Positions 37,997-48,660 of a DNA stretch of 64,000 nucleotides are shown here, in pieces. The translations under genes were made by a program, and so were the position numbers. This DNA comes from Ruditapes philippinarum (Eukaryota): NCBI RefSeq assembly GCF_026571515.1, contig NW_026857783.1:114878-178877 (forward strand). Direction: 5' to 3'. The stretch's first letter is position 1; each line of letters opens with the position of its first letter. Under the pieces are notes generated by a model that saw only the letters and a list, made by a program, of their open reading frames with translations, was not told where the DNA came from and did no database searches.

Positions 37997-39649
37997 TCAT
38001 TCCACATTGTTGATGTACTTTTTCAAAGCTATCGGTATTGACAATTCAACCACAGCCGTGGATTTCCATTCACATGCTTGCAAAATACTTAAGCGACAAA
38101 GAACTTTTAAGTTCCAAACACTAGAAGATCGTTTTTGCATCTCGTCTTTGCATATTTTAAAAAGCTTCCTTTGTATATCATTGGTCGGTTTCCCGCCAAA
38201 TTCGATCTTACACGCGCTACTGACAGACGTCAATGTCATATTACCAAGGAGTGTATTCACTATTTCATTAACATACTCCAGTTGTGCAGCTTCGTCTGAT
38301 TTTGTTATCTTTTCAAACTTTTCAGAGTGCATTAAAATTTCGTCACAAAATGTGTTTAACGGAAACTTTCCGGACAAATTTTCATTGGGATCAGAACCGT
38401 TCTGGATCAACAGTCTAAAAGTAGTGATACTGCGTTCATCCAATCCAAGTACTATAGAAACTTTCAGAAATGCATGTAAAGCGTTCCCTATGAAACCATT
38501 TGGTCCGTCACCAACGCTGCCCTTCACTGAAAGATCGGAACCGTGGCGTAGTAACGTCTCCGTGCATTTGGTGATAAAACGTCTAATATTTGTGACGTCA
38601 TCTTCAAAATGTCTTACTAATGTTAAAACATTGTCATACAAGCAGTGGAGCGCGGACGAGTACGCTAATCGTCCAAATGCTGTTTGGATGTGCAATGCTT
38701 CGTGTTCCTTCTCAAATTTGACCTCATCAAAGTTCGGATCCACTCCTGCGTTCAAGAGAACAACCATGCACGCTGCTATATATGGATACGACTTTCCGAA
38801 ATCCGACGCGGGTGTATGGCTTAGTAAGCTATACAATGGATAAGTACGAAATGGAATATCAGACACTGGATTTTGTTTATACTTCAACAAGACGGAGGTA
38901 ACTGTCAAAAGAGATTCGTACCATTCCTTTTTAAATGATAGACTGTACGAGTATAGTACATGGTAAAGGTTCATACCACTGAAAAGTGAAGTAAGTGAAG
39001 GATTGCATCTTAAAAGAACATCTAGGCACTCTGCATTTGCTAATTTCAAGGCAGCGCCTACTGCAGACTTAAGGTCGTCCGACGTTGTCCTTTCTTTAAG
39101 CAATAAGCGTAGAGCAGACGGCGAGTTACTGGCACATGCTGCGGATAAGTGATTTTCTGAACCAAACTCCAGTTTGGTTTTAACTGACGACACATCCAAA
39201 ATAGATCTTACACACGAAGTGTGCCCACTTAGAGCGGCTACATCTAGCGGTGTCACCATACTTGTCCCGCCAGGGGAATGTAGTGGCGTCTCCGTCGGGG
39301 GATTCACCCACTTGAATTTACTTTTCTTTGTAGAATAATCACGTGGTCTCTCTTGTAAAATCATACTTACAATTGTTCTACTTCCAAAGTTTGCTGCCAG
39401 ATGTATATAAGAATGAAATTTTGGTTCGTGTGGCGGTTTAAAATGACCGAGGGCAAATATGATTCCGACGGCCTCAATGTTTTCTGACATAATGGCATGA
39501 TGTAAAATATCGTAGCCATCTTTATCTGTCCAGGAAAGCAACTGATCTCTGTCGCACTTTTCGAAACATCCTCTTAGTCTAGAGACATCTTCTGTAGTAT
39601 TTATTTTCAAATAAAGCGTAGATTTCAAGTCGTTTATTTTCGTCGACAT
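37997..39649 (-). CDS. Ankyrin-repeat and SOCS-box (ASB-like) protein in a single uninterrupted ORF of about 550 aa; an alternative upstream ATG lies at 39679
   Basis: The uninterrupted ORF is 560 codons. It has several ANK-like repeats (DGYDILHHAIMSENIEAVGIIFALG; TPLDVAALSGHTSCVRSIL; LKSAVGAALKLANAECLDVLLRCNP; YPYIAACMVVLLNAGVDPN; GNALHAFLKVSIVLG..LLIQNGSDPN). The C-terminus matches the SOCS-box BC and Cul boxes (SVWNLKVLCRLSI...LSIPIALKKYI). No introns are needed. Confidence 0.8.
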   Translation of the reverse strand: MSTKINDLKSTLYLKINTTEDVSRLRGCFEKCDRDQLLSWTDKDGYDILHHAIMSENIEAVGIIFALGHFKPPHEPKFHSYIHLAANFGSRTIVSMILQERPRDYSTKKSKFKWVNPPTETPLHSPGGTSMVTPLDVAALSGHTSCVRSILDVSSVKTKLEFGSENHLSAACASNSPSALRLLLKERTTSDDLKSAVGAALKLANAECLDVLLRCNPSLTSLFSGMNLYHVLYSYSLSFKKEWYESLLTVTSVLLKYKQNPVSDIPFRTYPLYSLLSHTPASDFGKSYPYIAACMVVLLNAGVDPNFDEVKFEKEHEALHIQTAFGRLAYSSALHCLYDNVLTLVRHFEDDVTNIRRFITKCTETLLRHGSDLSVKGSVGDGPNGFIGNALHAFLKVSIVLGLDERSITTFRLLIQNGSDPNENLSGKFPLNTFCDEILMHSEKFEKITKSDEAAQLEYVNEIVNTLLGNMTLTSVSSACKIEFGGKPTNDIQRKLFKICKDEMQKRSSSVWNLKVLCRLSILQACEWKSTAVVELSIPIALKKYINNVE

Positions 39650-40877
39650 GATTGTGCGCACTACAATTATTTGAAGCACATTGAACAGTAAAGAACTATC
39701 CCTCGATATCTTTCAAGCGTCATTGACTACGCAATAAAACGATATATTCCAGATGTATGCAATTGCCTTTTAGCCTTAGCCAATCTCTTTAAAGTTTGCT
39801 TCAACAGTTCTGTTGATTTTTTCATTCATTGCTTGATGTGAATGATCAACACGAGTAATTCCAACTCTATTTAGAACGAAAACTATGAAAATTCCATAAT
39901 CTACACTAGATCGATAAGCGTTTATTAAACATACAACTAATCAAGCGTCTACGAATCTAAACAAGTTGACCAGAAGGATAGTTCTTTACATGTATTATTA
40001 CGCAAGATAGAAATAAAATAACATAAATATTTAAGCCTTACCATGCACAGTATGTACCGTAATTCATGAATATGTAGGGGGAGATGGATTCTGTATTATT
40101 ATCATATTAAAAACATCTGCAGTGATGCTTTAAATCGACTTGACCTACATTTGCTTTTAGTTATACACAGATTTTAACTGCTTTTATGTTTATTTTATGA
40201 TTTTATATTTTCATTATAAATGGGTGTAACTGTCAGCCTACATGTATATATCCCGAGGCACCGTCACAACCGTGTAGTATTATATCCTTATTTTAAATTA
40301 TTAATTTTGAATAAGTGTATAGATCTATATATATCTGATGCAAAAAAAAATATGTGAATTTTAAAAAAAAGTTTGCTTCCAAAATGCTTGTATGATATAA
40401 ATATGGTAATTTATTGCCTTAAAGCGAATGGCGCATGCACAAAATTGCTAAACGGATAAAACTCTACTTAAAATAGCAAAATAATATTTTATTTATATAA
40501 ATACATTATTCATGTGTATTAAATAACAGAGACATTCTATGTTACAACTTTTTCGGGAATCAACCATATAATAATGGAACCAATATAATTTTACCGTTGA
40601 TTAATTTTTTAAAAATATTTCATAACTTTAACGCCCTTATAATATATTATATATACTAAGGGAATTGATCTTTCAGGTGAACGCCCTAGCTTACACTAAA
40701 TATTTTACGTAAATACTTGAATAGTGATCAATAAAACATTCTCACTAAAAATGAATATGTTTATACTTAATTAGTAACCGTTATTTGGAACACACTTGTG
40801 ATAAGTATATACATTGTACATTAATACTTGAACAGTGATCATTCAAGATCTTTAGAGAATAATTTAATTTGACTGTT

Positions 40878-40905
40878 ATTATTGTTTTTGTTGTTGTTGT
40901 TGTTG
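40878..40905. repeat. (TTG)n microsatellite
   Basis: The tract reads tttgttgttgttgttgttgttg. Confidence 0.9.
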
Positions 40906-41905
40906 TTGAAGGTATTGAAGATTGGCAACTTCTCGAACATTTCCCTTAACCTTCGGTTTAACATTATCGGTAAATAAAAAGTTGTTCCGAATGGAAGTTT
41001 TGGCATTATGATGAAAGACCAATATACAAGTACAAGAACACAACAAATATATAATTTATAATACTTTTATTCACCACATATATTACACGTAAGCAATACA
41101 TGAGAGTTTTTATCAACAATATCACAGACAAAATTCATAATACTTTAATTGAAAAAAAGAAGAAAATAAATGATTACAGGTAATAAAATGTTAATGATCC
41201 GAGAAGAATCTGGCATATTGTAAAACTTGCAAAATAGTTTACACTAGCACGTGTACTCACATACAACACGTGCAAATGAATTAAAATGCTTTTTTTTTGC
41301 TAAGAAATCATGTTTGAATTTTAATAAAATATACAGTAAAAGAGAGAAGATACACTTATGTTATATAAAATGATTTTCAATCATAAGCCTCTATAATTAC
41401 AGATTTTAAAAGAGAAAAACAAGAAATCTAACATGGGTCCTGCTCAATATACGAAGTTTGAATTGAAGTGAGTTCATGCCCATCCAAGTGTAAATATTTT
41501 GTCAAGTTTTTTATAGCAATTATTGTAAAACCATCAAGGTTTACACAAATAACGATTTGTAACGATATGAAGATCTATTAAATAACTTGTGTGCAAATTT
41601 CAGATCATTCGCTCAAAATTTCCTTAAATTGAAAAGGGTATATACGCTTTTAAGTTAAGTTTAAGTTTTGATTTTTAAATTAATTCTGAATATATTTCTT
41701 TGTTTCCGTTTTAAATGTATCTGGTTTATGTGTCACAGTTGGTCTATGTAAGATTTTTGACCTTAGTGGAAAACCTTTAATTCATATACTTGTGTTGCGT
41801 TTTTCGAGCTTTAAGCATTTTTCAAAAGCTTGTTTTCTGAACAACGTTGACAAATAAAGGTACCCAATTCATTTTGAACAACTTCCTTAGATAAGAATGA
41901 TACAT

Positions 41906-42376
41906 TCAGATTGACAAAGCGAAATCAGGAACAACATCGCAAGACGGTCGTTTCTTTTCCAAGTCAGTTTCTTTCTTTCCAAATATAGAAACGAGTTTTT
42001 TCGAGACAGTCATCAGAGAGCTCCTCCGCCGTCGTAGTATCGTTGATCTTTGTTGTTGAGTTATTTTTGCATCTCTTAATAATGCCTGATAAGCAATGCT
42101 GATTGGCATAAACACATCAGCTGCCGAAACCTCGTAAAACTGGCAGCCATATTCTAGCGCGAGCTCGTGACCTACATCTACACCAACTTCTCGTCTGTGT
42201 TCGAGATCTCGTTTGTTAGCAAGAAGCAGCATTGGAACGATGAATGGGGATTTCATCTTGTGAAGAGAGTGAATAATGTGTCGAGCTACTTCAAATGTCT
42301 CTTTTACACAAATATCATAAATCACTATAAATCCATCTGCCCATTGTACATGAGACTCGGACGGATTATTTTTTCC
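41906..42376 (-). CDS. RERG: RERG-like Ras-family small GTPase, last exon (GKNNPSESHVQWADGFIVIYDI...LLLANKRDL...YEVSA...), with no CAAX box
   Basis: Acceptor cactgtttcag in phase 0. It carries the G4 motif NKRD and the G5 motif EVSA. ESHVQWADGFIVIYDICVKETFEVA resembles vertebrate RERG ..[22 protein letters not shown]. Stop codon at 41906. The first 37 residues of the supplied 191-aa ORF are intronic (TCAA)n translation. Confidence 0.8.
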   Translation of the reverse strand, partial: GKNNPSESHVQWADGFIVIYDICVKETFEVARHIIHSLHKMKSPFIVPMLLLANKRDLEHRREVGVDVGHELALEYGCQFYEVSAADVFMPISIAYQALLRDAKITQQQRSTILRRRRSSLMTVSKKLVSIFGKKETDLEKKRPSCDVVPDFALSI

Positions 42377-42394
42377 CTGAAACAGTGAATAAGC

Positions 42395-42600
42395 ATGATT
42401 GATTGATTGATTGATTGATTGGTTGGTTGGTTGATTGCTTGCTTGCTTGATTGATTGATTGATTGATTGACTGACTGACACACTGACACACTGATTGGTT
42501 TACTGATTGGTTGATTGATTGATTGAGTGAGTGAGTGAGTGGTTGACTTATTGATTAATTGATTGATTGATTGATTAAGTGAGTGGGTGAGTGAGTGAGT
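42395..42600. repeat. (CAATCAAT)n/(CACT)n compound microsatellite in RERG-like intron 3
   Basis: The region reads gattgattgattggttggttgattgcttgcttg...gagtgagtgagtg. Confidence 0.9.
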
Positions 42601-42973
42601 GATAATATAATTATGATGTTGGTTGTCAGAAAAGAGGCATTGTGCTCACCGTCAAATACATTGCCATTTGAGCAAAATATGAACATGCATTGCCATTTGA
42701 ATAGTAAAAGGACAGTTCATTTACGTTTGTGTAAACCAAAAATGTATTTCCATTTGAGTAAAAAAGAAAAAATATATTGCCGTTGAACGAAACAAAGGGA
42801 TGTAAATACTGACATTTTAGTAAAAATGTAATGCATTACAAAACGGACATATTTTGCTATTTGAATAAAAACGGGAAATATATTGCCCGTTTAAGTAAAT
42901 AAGGAATAAAATGTATTGCAATAGCTTTTTTTACAATTTGAGTAAAACAAGATTAATCAAAAATAAGTCATAC

Positions 42974-43050
42974 ACTTCGACTACATGTATCCAATATTTC
43001 GATATCTGTAAGATAATCTTCTTGTTTGATGCTGGATCTGTACAACAAAT
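42974..43050 (-). CDS. RERG: RERG-like GTPase, exon 3 (D)LLYRSSIKQEDYLTDIEILDTCSRS
   Basis: Acceptor ttttttcag with 2 nt completing the codon from exon 2. Candidate donor AGT|gtatga in phase 0. It matches RERG ..[23 protein letters not shown]. The G3 motif reads DTCSRS instead of DTAGQE. Confidence 0.55.
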
Positions 43051-43881
43051 CTGAAAAAACAACAAGATAAAAAATAAATACAGTCTTGAGTCTTGACTCA
43101 GTATACAAAATAAGTCACCTTTGTGACACACTTTCCATATCCTATTTTATTTGATCAATTGCATGCTTGGTGGTTATATTAACAAATTTTATAATGCAAA
43201 TAAATTTCTCGAATTTTGATTGACTTACAAGCTGTGTCGTATCTGACATATGCACATGCATACAACTAGATTGTTTAAGCCAATATCTCCATTCAAATAT
43301 CATAGTTTCACTTATATGGTTGAAAGTTACACCGCAATGACGACAATATGCTTTATTAAATTACTTTTTTATTTCCAGGGCTGACTTAGTTTAGATTAAA
43401 CTTTTTTTTTAGCTAGATTGCGACACAAGTTATTGCACTTTCTTGTCCGCTTCCTGGAACTAACCAGTACTGGTGTCATCTGAGGAATCATGATCGTTAC
43501 CCGAGTAGGGCTCGAACCCATGTTACCTTCCTTGAGAGACACTGGCGCACTCCGCCGGTTTGATATCCCCAAATTCATAATGGACCGTTAAAAAATGGAC
43601 GCTGGGAAAGTCCATTTAAGAAATTGTGCAGGTTAAGAGTACACAGTACAGGATGGATAGTTCAGATATTCTTGTACAGAATATACATGTACAGAGTTCA
43701 TAGAACATGCTTACGATTGTACCGTAAAAGCGTGATGTACAACCAATACGTAAATTTGTAACCAGGGGTTGAAAAGAAAAATATTTATTTATTAAAGTCT
43801 CTTTCTGACTTTGAATAATAACATGTTGTTAAGTATAAACATAACTATGTAATGAAGTTTTAATATTTAATTTTATATTAC

Positions 43882-43938
43882 CTATATCCGAATTATATTC
43901 ACCAATGAAACGTTTTGTCAAGAATCTCACTGTGACCG
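43882..43938 (-). CDS. RERG: RERG-like GTPase, exon 2 (A)[18 protein letters not shown]
   Basis: Acceptor ttttttttcag (plus 43939-43949). Donor ATAG|gtaata. It matches RERG [21 protein letters not shown]. Confidence 0.7.
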
Positions 43939-44433
43939 CTGAAAAAAATAAAAAGAGACAGCATTGTAAAGAGGATATTCATTTTTCTCTCTAAATACAG
44001 AATTAATTTCCATCTAGTGGTATGAAAATAAATTTCATAAGTGGCGGTAAAATATGATACTTTTCATACCACAAGATGAAAATATATCTTGTATTTATAG
44101 AAAAACTTGAATTTTCTGTTTAGTATACATGTATACATTTTCTTATTTTGAAATTACAATTTGGGGGAAAAAAATCCGTTAAATTTTGTGTACTGGCAGA
44201 GTTTAGGAGAAAGTAATCCAGCAAGACACCAGTGAAAACATGGAAAATATGTTTTACTGCAGTGAAAAATAATTTTCTACAACAATATTTTTCAATATTT
44301 CATTTATTAGAATATAATGAAGAATGATTCTGACGTTTTTTATCTTTAATTATTGAGTCTGAATTATTCAGAATGCATCGGGTAATGATCTACTTCTGAT
44401 ATCACGGTATATAAGTCAAACTATAAAATATAT

Positions 44434-44664
44434 GAGCCGCGTCATGACAAACCCAACATAATGGGTTTGCGACCAGCATGGATCCAGACCAGCCTGCGCA
44501 TCCGCGCAGTCTGATCAGGATCCATGCTGTTCGCTGTCAGTTTCTCTACTTGTAATAGGATTTGTAAACGATCAGCATGGATCCTGACTGCGCGGATGCG
44601 CAGACTGGTCTGAATCCATACTGGGCGCAAACCCATTATGTTGGTTTTGTCGTGACGCGGCTCA
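44434..44664. mobile_element. Palindromic MITE, copy 4 (in RERG-like intron 1)
   Basis: Same family as 7829-8063. The flanks read tatga|gccgcg...cgcggc|tcata. Confidence 0.85.
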
Positions 44665-45654
44665 TATGTATTTGAAATGAAACTACAACAGATCTATTGT
44701 AAAACATCAATGGTTTTCGTATATCAACATTCTATCAAGTTTACCATCATCTATTGAAAAAATCTCTACAAAAAAAATCTACAAAACATACAAACAAGAA
44801 TTATGTAAACACTTTGTCAACTATTTATATATACTTACAGAATGTTTGCTAATACATATTTTTCTATTTATGAACATAAGCATTTAAGAAAAGAAATAAG
44901 AAAATACAATTAAGTCAAACGGTAAACATTAACTCAATTTTGGTCGACTTATTTAAAAGTCCATAGATCAATATTTGTACAAATCAATTAATCAAGTCAA
45001 TAATAATATTGTGTCCCATGGGGGATACGCAGTTTTGATATGTTGGATTAAAGTTTTAGACAGTCTTAGCTATCACGATAACATTATATAATTACGGAAG
45101 TTAATGAGGTTATAATACTTTATAACAGCTGTCCTATCTCCAACTATCAACGTTCAAGTAGACGCAGAATATCTGAAATGCCGCAGAATATACAAACTTA
45201 TCACTTTTCAAATATGAAATTTTAATTAACGAGCCGGTGTGAAGATATGTTGATGTTTTATGCATGTATATTTTTTTCAACAACTTGAGATAAAGTTTAA
45301 GTTTCGGGCTCTAGATATGTTAGAATACACATGAATTTCTTTTTACAGTTAACTGAGGAAAACAGCACACCAAAAACAACATTTTTTTTTATTTGGGGAT
45401 CGAACTTGCTCATGATAAATTTAGAGAATTTCTAAGCACCAACTGAATAAATAAGTGCCTTTTGATAATTCAAAACATGAATTGATTGCAATCACATTAA
45501 TCACAAAGTTATGTATAGACCTACAATTTATACCCATTACATAGTCATACCACCGTGTTATAAATATATACACAAGTAACACCCGACCCCAAGGAGAACG
45601 GGAAATAAGTGTTTAGCATATTCCGGTTGTCCTCGTATTAGTTACTCAGTTAAT

Positions 45655-45770
45655 ACGTTTTGGTTAGGTTTTATGTTGTTGTTGTTTGTTGTTGTGTGTT
45701 TTTGTTGTTGTTTGTTTGTTTTTTTGTTGTTGTTGTTTTTTTTTTTTTTTTGGGGGGGGGGGGGGGCGTA
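45655..45770. repeat. Low-complexity (TTG/TTTG)n, then T16, then G15 tract
   Basis: gttgttgtttgttgttgtg...tttttttttttttttggggggggggggggg. The supplied ORFs that overlap it are artefacts. Confidence 0.9.
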
Positions 45771-47611
45771 TGTGTGGCTCGGGTGCACAAAAAGAAGCCG
45801 GTGGAGTCCGAAGGGGTTTAACCGTCTAATTGTTAGTAGCAGGCACACGCTGAACGTTTGTCCAAAATCAAAGACTACAATATTCGCACTGCTATTTTAA
45901 AGTCAGCAGGTATGAAAAATTTCGATGTTAGAATTGTTTGATTGTTTATTTTCCTTCTTTACCTTTATTGTGAAAATATACTCCGTTCACCTATTGTTAA
46001 AAAAACATTAAGTTTGTGTGGAATTTTGCAAATATTGCACATTTTTTCTTGAGATTTGTTTTCTTTGGCGCCTTCATATGTGATGTAATTTACTTTTTCC
46101 GGAAACGCAAATCTTTCACCGACTCAATATAACTGAACACGATTCGCAGGTTCCGCCCTGCTATAATCAACGTTACTCATACTCTATCTTATTTTAGCGT
46201 CAATAAAATTACATGTATATAACTGATCAATAAACGACGATTACTTAAGTATCTGATGAAGTGTCTATTTGACAAAAATGGCGACATTATTCTGATAATC
46301 ATTATACTTACAAACACACACATGACCTTACAGCCATTCATAATTGTATTCAGAATAAAAAAAATAATTAATGTACAAAAGACATTTAACATTGGAAGTT
46401 ACAGACAAGGAGATAAATCATTCTTTTACTTTGTAACATACTAAAATATTACCCTTTATCCACAAAATGTGCACTTTTACTATAGTTAAGAAACTTTGTT
46501 ATGATAATTATACAAAGGTTAATACTTTTATTTCCTCCATTTTTTTTTAAAGCAAAACACATTATTTAACAAGTATACAGAGGTACGGTTTGAAATAAGA
46601 CTTAATTGTTCGCCGCAGAACGTTGTAAAAAGTTGGATGTTAGAATGAACCAATGCATTCTATATGCAAATATTGCAGTCTTACTATAAAATATTGAATA
46701 ACTTGTCTATAAACAAAATTTATATCAAACAAAATACAATGTTAATGCCAAATTTGAAGACTGGGTGATTTCGACTCAAAGAAACATAAAATACTTTGAA
46801 TCGTAATGGAATCAAAGATAAAAAACACCCTTCTATATTGTATTGAATACACAAGTTACTATTGCTTCTTAATTGTAAAATGATTTATATCTAACACACA
46901 CAATCAAATTCTTCGGTTTTTATGGGATTATTATCACTTATAAATGAGCACATTTAAGTGTATTTAAATTGATTTTCATTTTGAAAAAGAAAAATTGCCA
47001 AATTCTTTTAAAATGAAAGGCATATGTTTACACTTTTATAATTATGATGTTTCATTGACTGTACATGTTTCTCTTAACAAATTCATTCTTTAATATATAC
47101 TCTTATAATGTATAGCTAATTTACTTTTAGTTTAAATATATAATTTTAAGCTAATTAAAATCACTTAAATTAAGTTCGCCCCTTAGAGATAACAATTCCT
47201 GATGTCCTAAATAAGCAGGTTCGTGACCCGAGCAGGGCTCCAACTCACTAAACCACGATCCTCGGGTTGAGCAGCAGACACCTTAACCACAAAGCACCAG
47301 CTTCTTCATAAAAGCATAGTTTCATAAGCACATTTAATTTAATTAATTAGACTTACATCGAGAAGATCTTTGATAAGCAATGTCAACAATATGAAATCAG
47401 ACTGTAATTTACATTTCTCAAATCATAAAGACAAAGATAATTTCTTATTCTCGTGAACAGACCATACTTGAGAGAAATCAAATCAGATCTTTGAATTTAT
47501 CAATTCCTTTTCCAGGGAACGATTTTATTTCAATTATAATGTTACACGTGCAACAAAATATAAAACACATAATGCAGAAATACTAAAAGGGAAAGTAACC
47601 ACACATCTTAC

Positions 47612-47663
47612 CTGATTTCCCAACATTTTTGTCCCCGAAAACCGCAATACGCAAGGATGTCAT
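47612..47663 (-). CDS. RERG: RERG-like GTPase, first coding exon (MTSLRIAVFGDKNVGKS) with the P-loop (G1) motif
   Basis: On the minus strand: atgacatccttgcgtattgcggttttcggggacaaaaatgttgggaaatcag|gtaagatg. The GxxxxGKS Walker A motif is followed by a consensus donor. The phase-1 junction with exon 2 yields [14 protein letters not shown]. Confidence 0.7.
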
Positions 47664-48660
47664 ACTTCCATATTTTCGACAGAATCATCACATTACGGAA
47701 GATATTTCATACGGACAGATACGCTGTAACATTTAACAACAGCTAAAGCCGGGATCAAATTTTATCCAGATAGGAAATACACTCCGCGACGGTATTAAAT
47801 TTTCAAACCTTATGAATTTGACTATATTTGCTAAATTTCCATATTCTCCAATATCACATGTCGAGTATTACAGCGTCTATATTAGCTTTTAAGCAAACAG
47901 AGGTATGTTTACTATCTCTTATTAATCTGTGGACGTAGCTAGCGAATGCATTACAAAGATTTATTGTGTTATCTGGGGGCCAGGTTAAATAAGTATTTCA
48001 TTTAATAGAAGAAATCTATTAAAAGGGTCATGATTTAACTCAGTGGGGTTTTATTGTTTTATATAGAGACGCTTCATTTGATCTGTTATGTTACCTACAT
48101 GTACGTTGCAGAAGTCAATCAAGTGCTTATGATCAGCATCAGCGCACAACCTGCAATAAACATATTCATGAAATAAAATTTTAAAGTTTTAAAGGTCTTT
48201 CGGTAGACCTACAATTCCTTACAGAAATGCGAAATGCAGTTACCTAAAAAGATTTGTAGGACATTGCTAACACGGTGATTGTTGTAAAAGGGTGAAAATG
48301 ACTGCGATGACATAATTAAAGTTCTGCAAAATGGTGCCCCACTAAAATAGTTCACAAAATTGTCATAAAATAAATTAAATGTATAACAAACGGGTACTTG
48401 ATACTAATTTGGTTCTTGAAGGTCAACGGGAAATTATTTCATGATATTTTACTATTATTGGCAAGATAAATCAGCCAAATGCCTGTATGCTTTTGAACAA
48501 AGGCGTTTGGCACATTTGTCTTGCCAATAATAGTCAATTAAATTATCATAAATTATCTCCCCTTGATCATCATGAAGAAATGAACATTTTTATTTTTTGA
48601 TCCGCGTTTAAGGCCCGTTTATTTCAAGAAAACAATACAAACATGATAACTATAGCATTT

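Noticed and set aside
38007-38843. 278-aa plus-strand ORF
   Set aside because: It is antisense to the 560-codon ASB-like ORF. The minus-strand ORF has clear ankyrin and SOCS-box motifs, and this one has none.
42931-43131. 66-aa minus-strand ORF as a candidate RERG exon
   Set aside because: Its frame and sequence (..ICCTDPASNKKIILQISKYWI..) do not match Ras-family motifs. The real exon 3 (42974-43050) is in a different frame, bounded by AG and GT sites and reading ..IEILDT..
44442-44636. 64-aa ORF MGLRPVWIQTSLRIRAVRIHADRL...
   Set aside because: It is a translation of the palindromic MITE (copy 4). Equivalent pseudo-ORFs exist in other copies.
45642-45900. 68-aa and 75-aa ORFs rich in K, N, Q or L, F
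   Set aside because: They are translations of the (TTG)n, T16 and G15 low-complexity tract.
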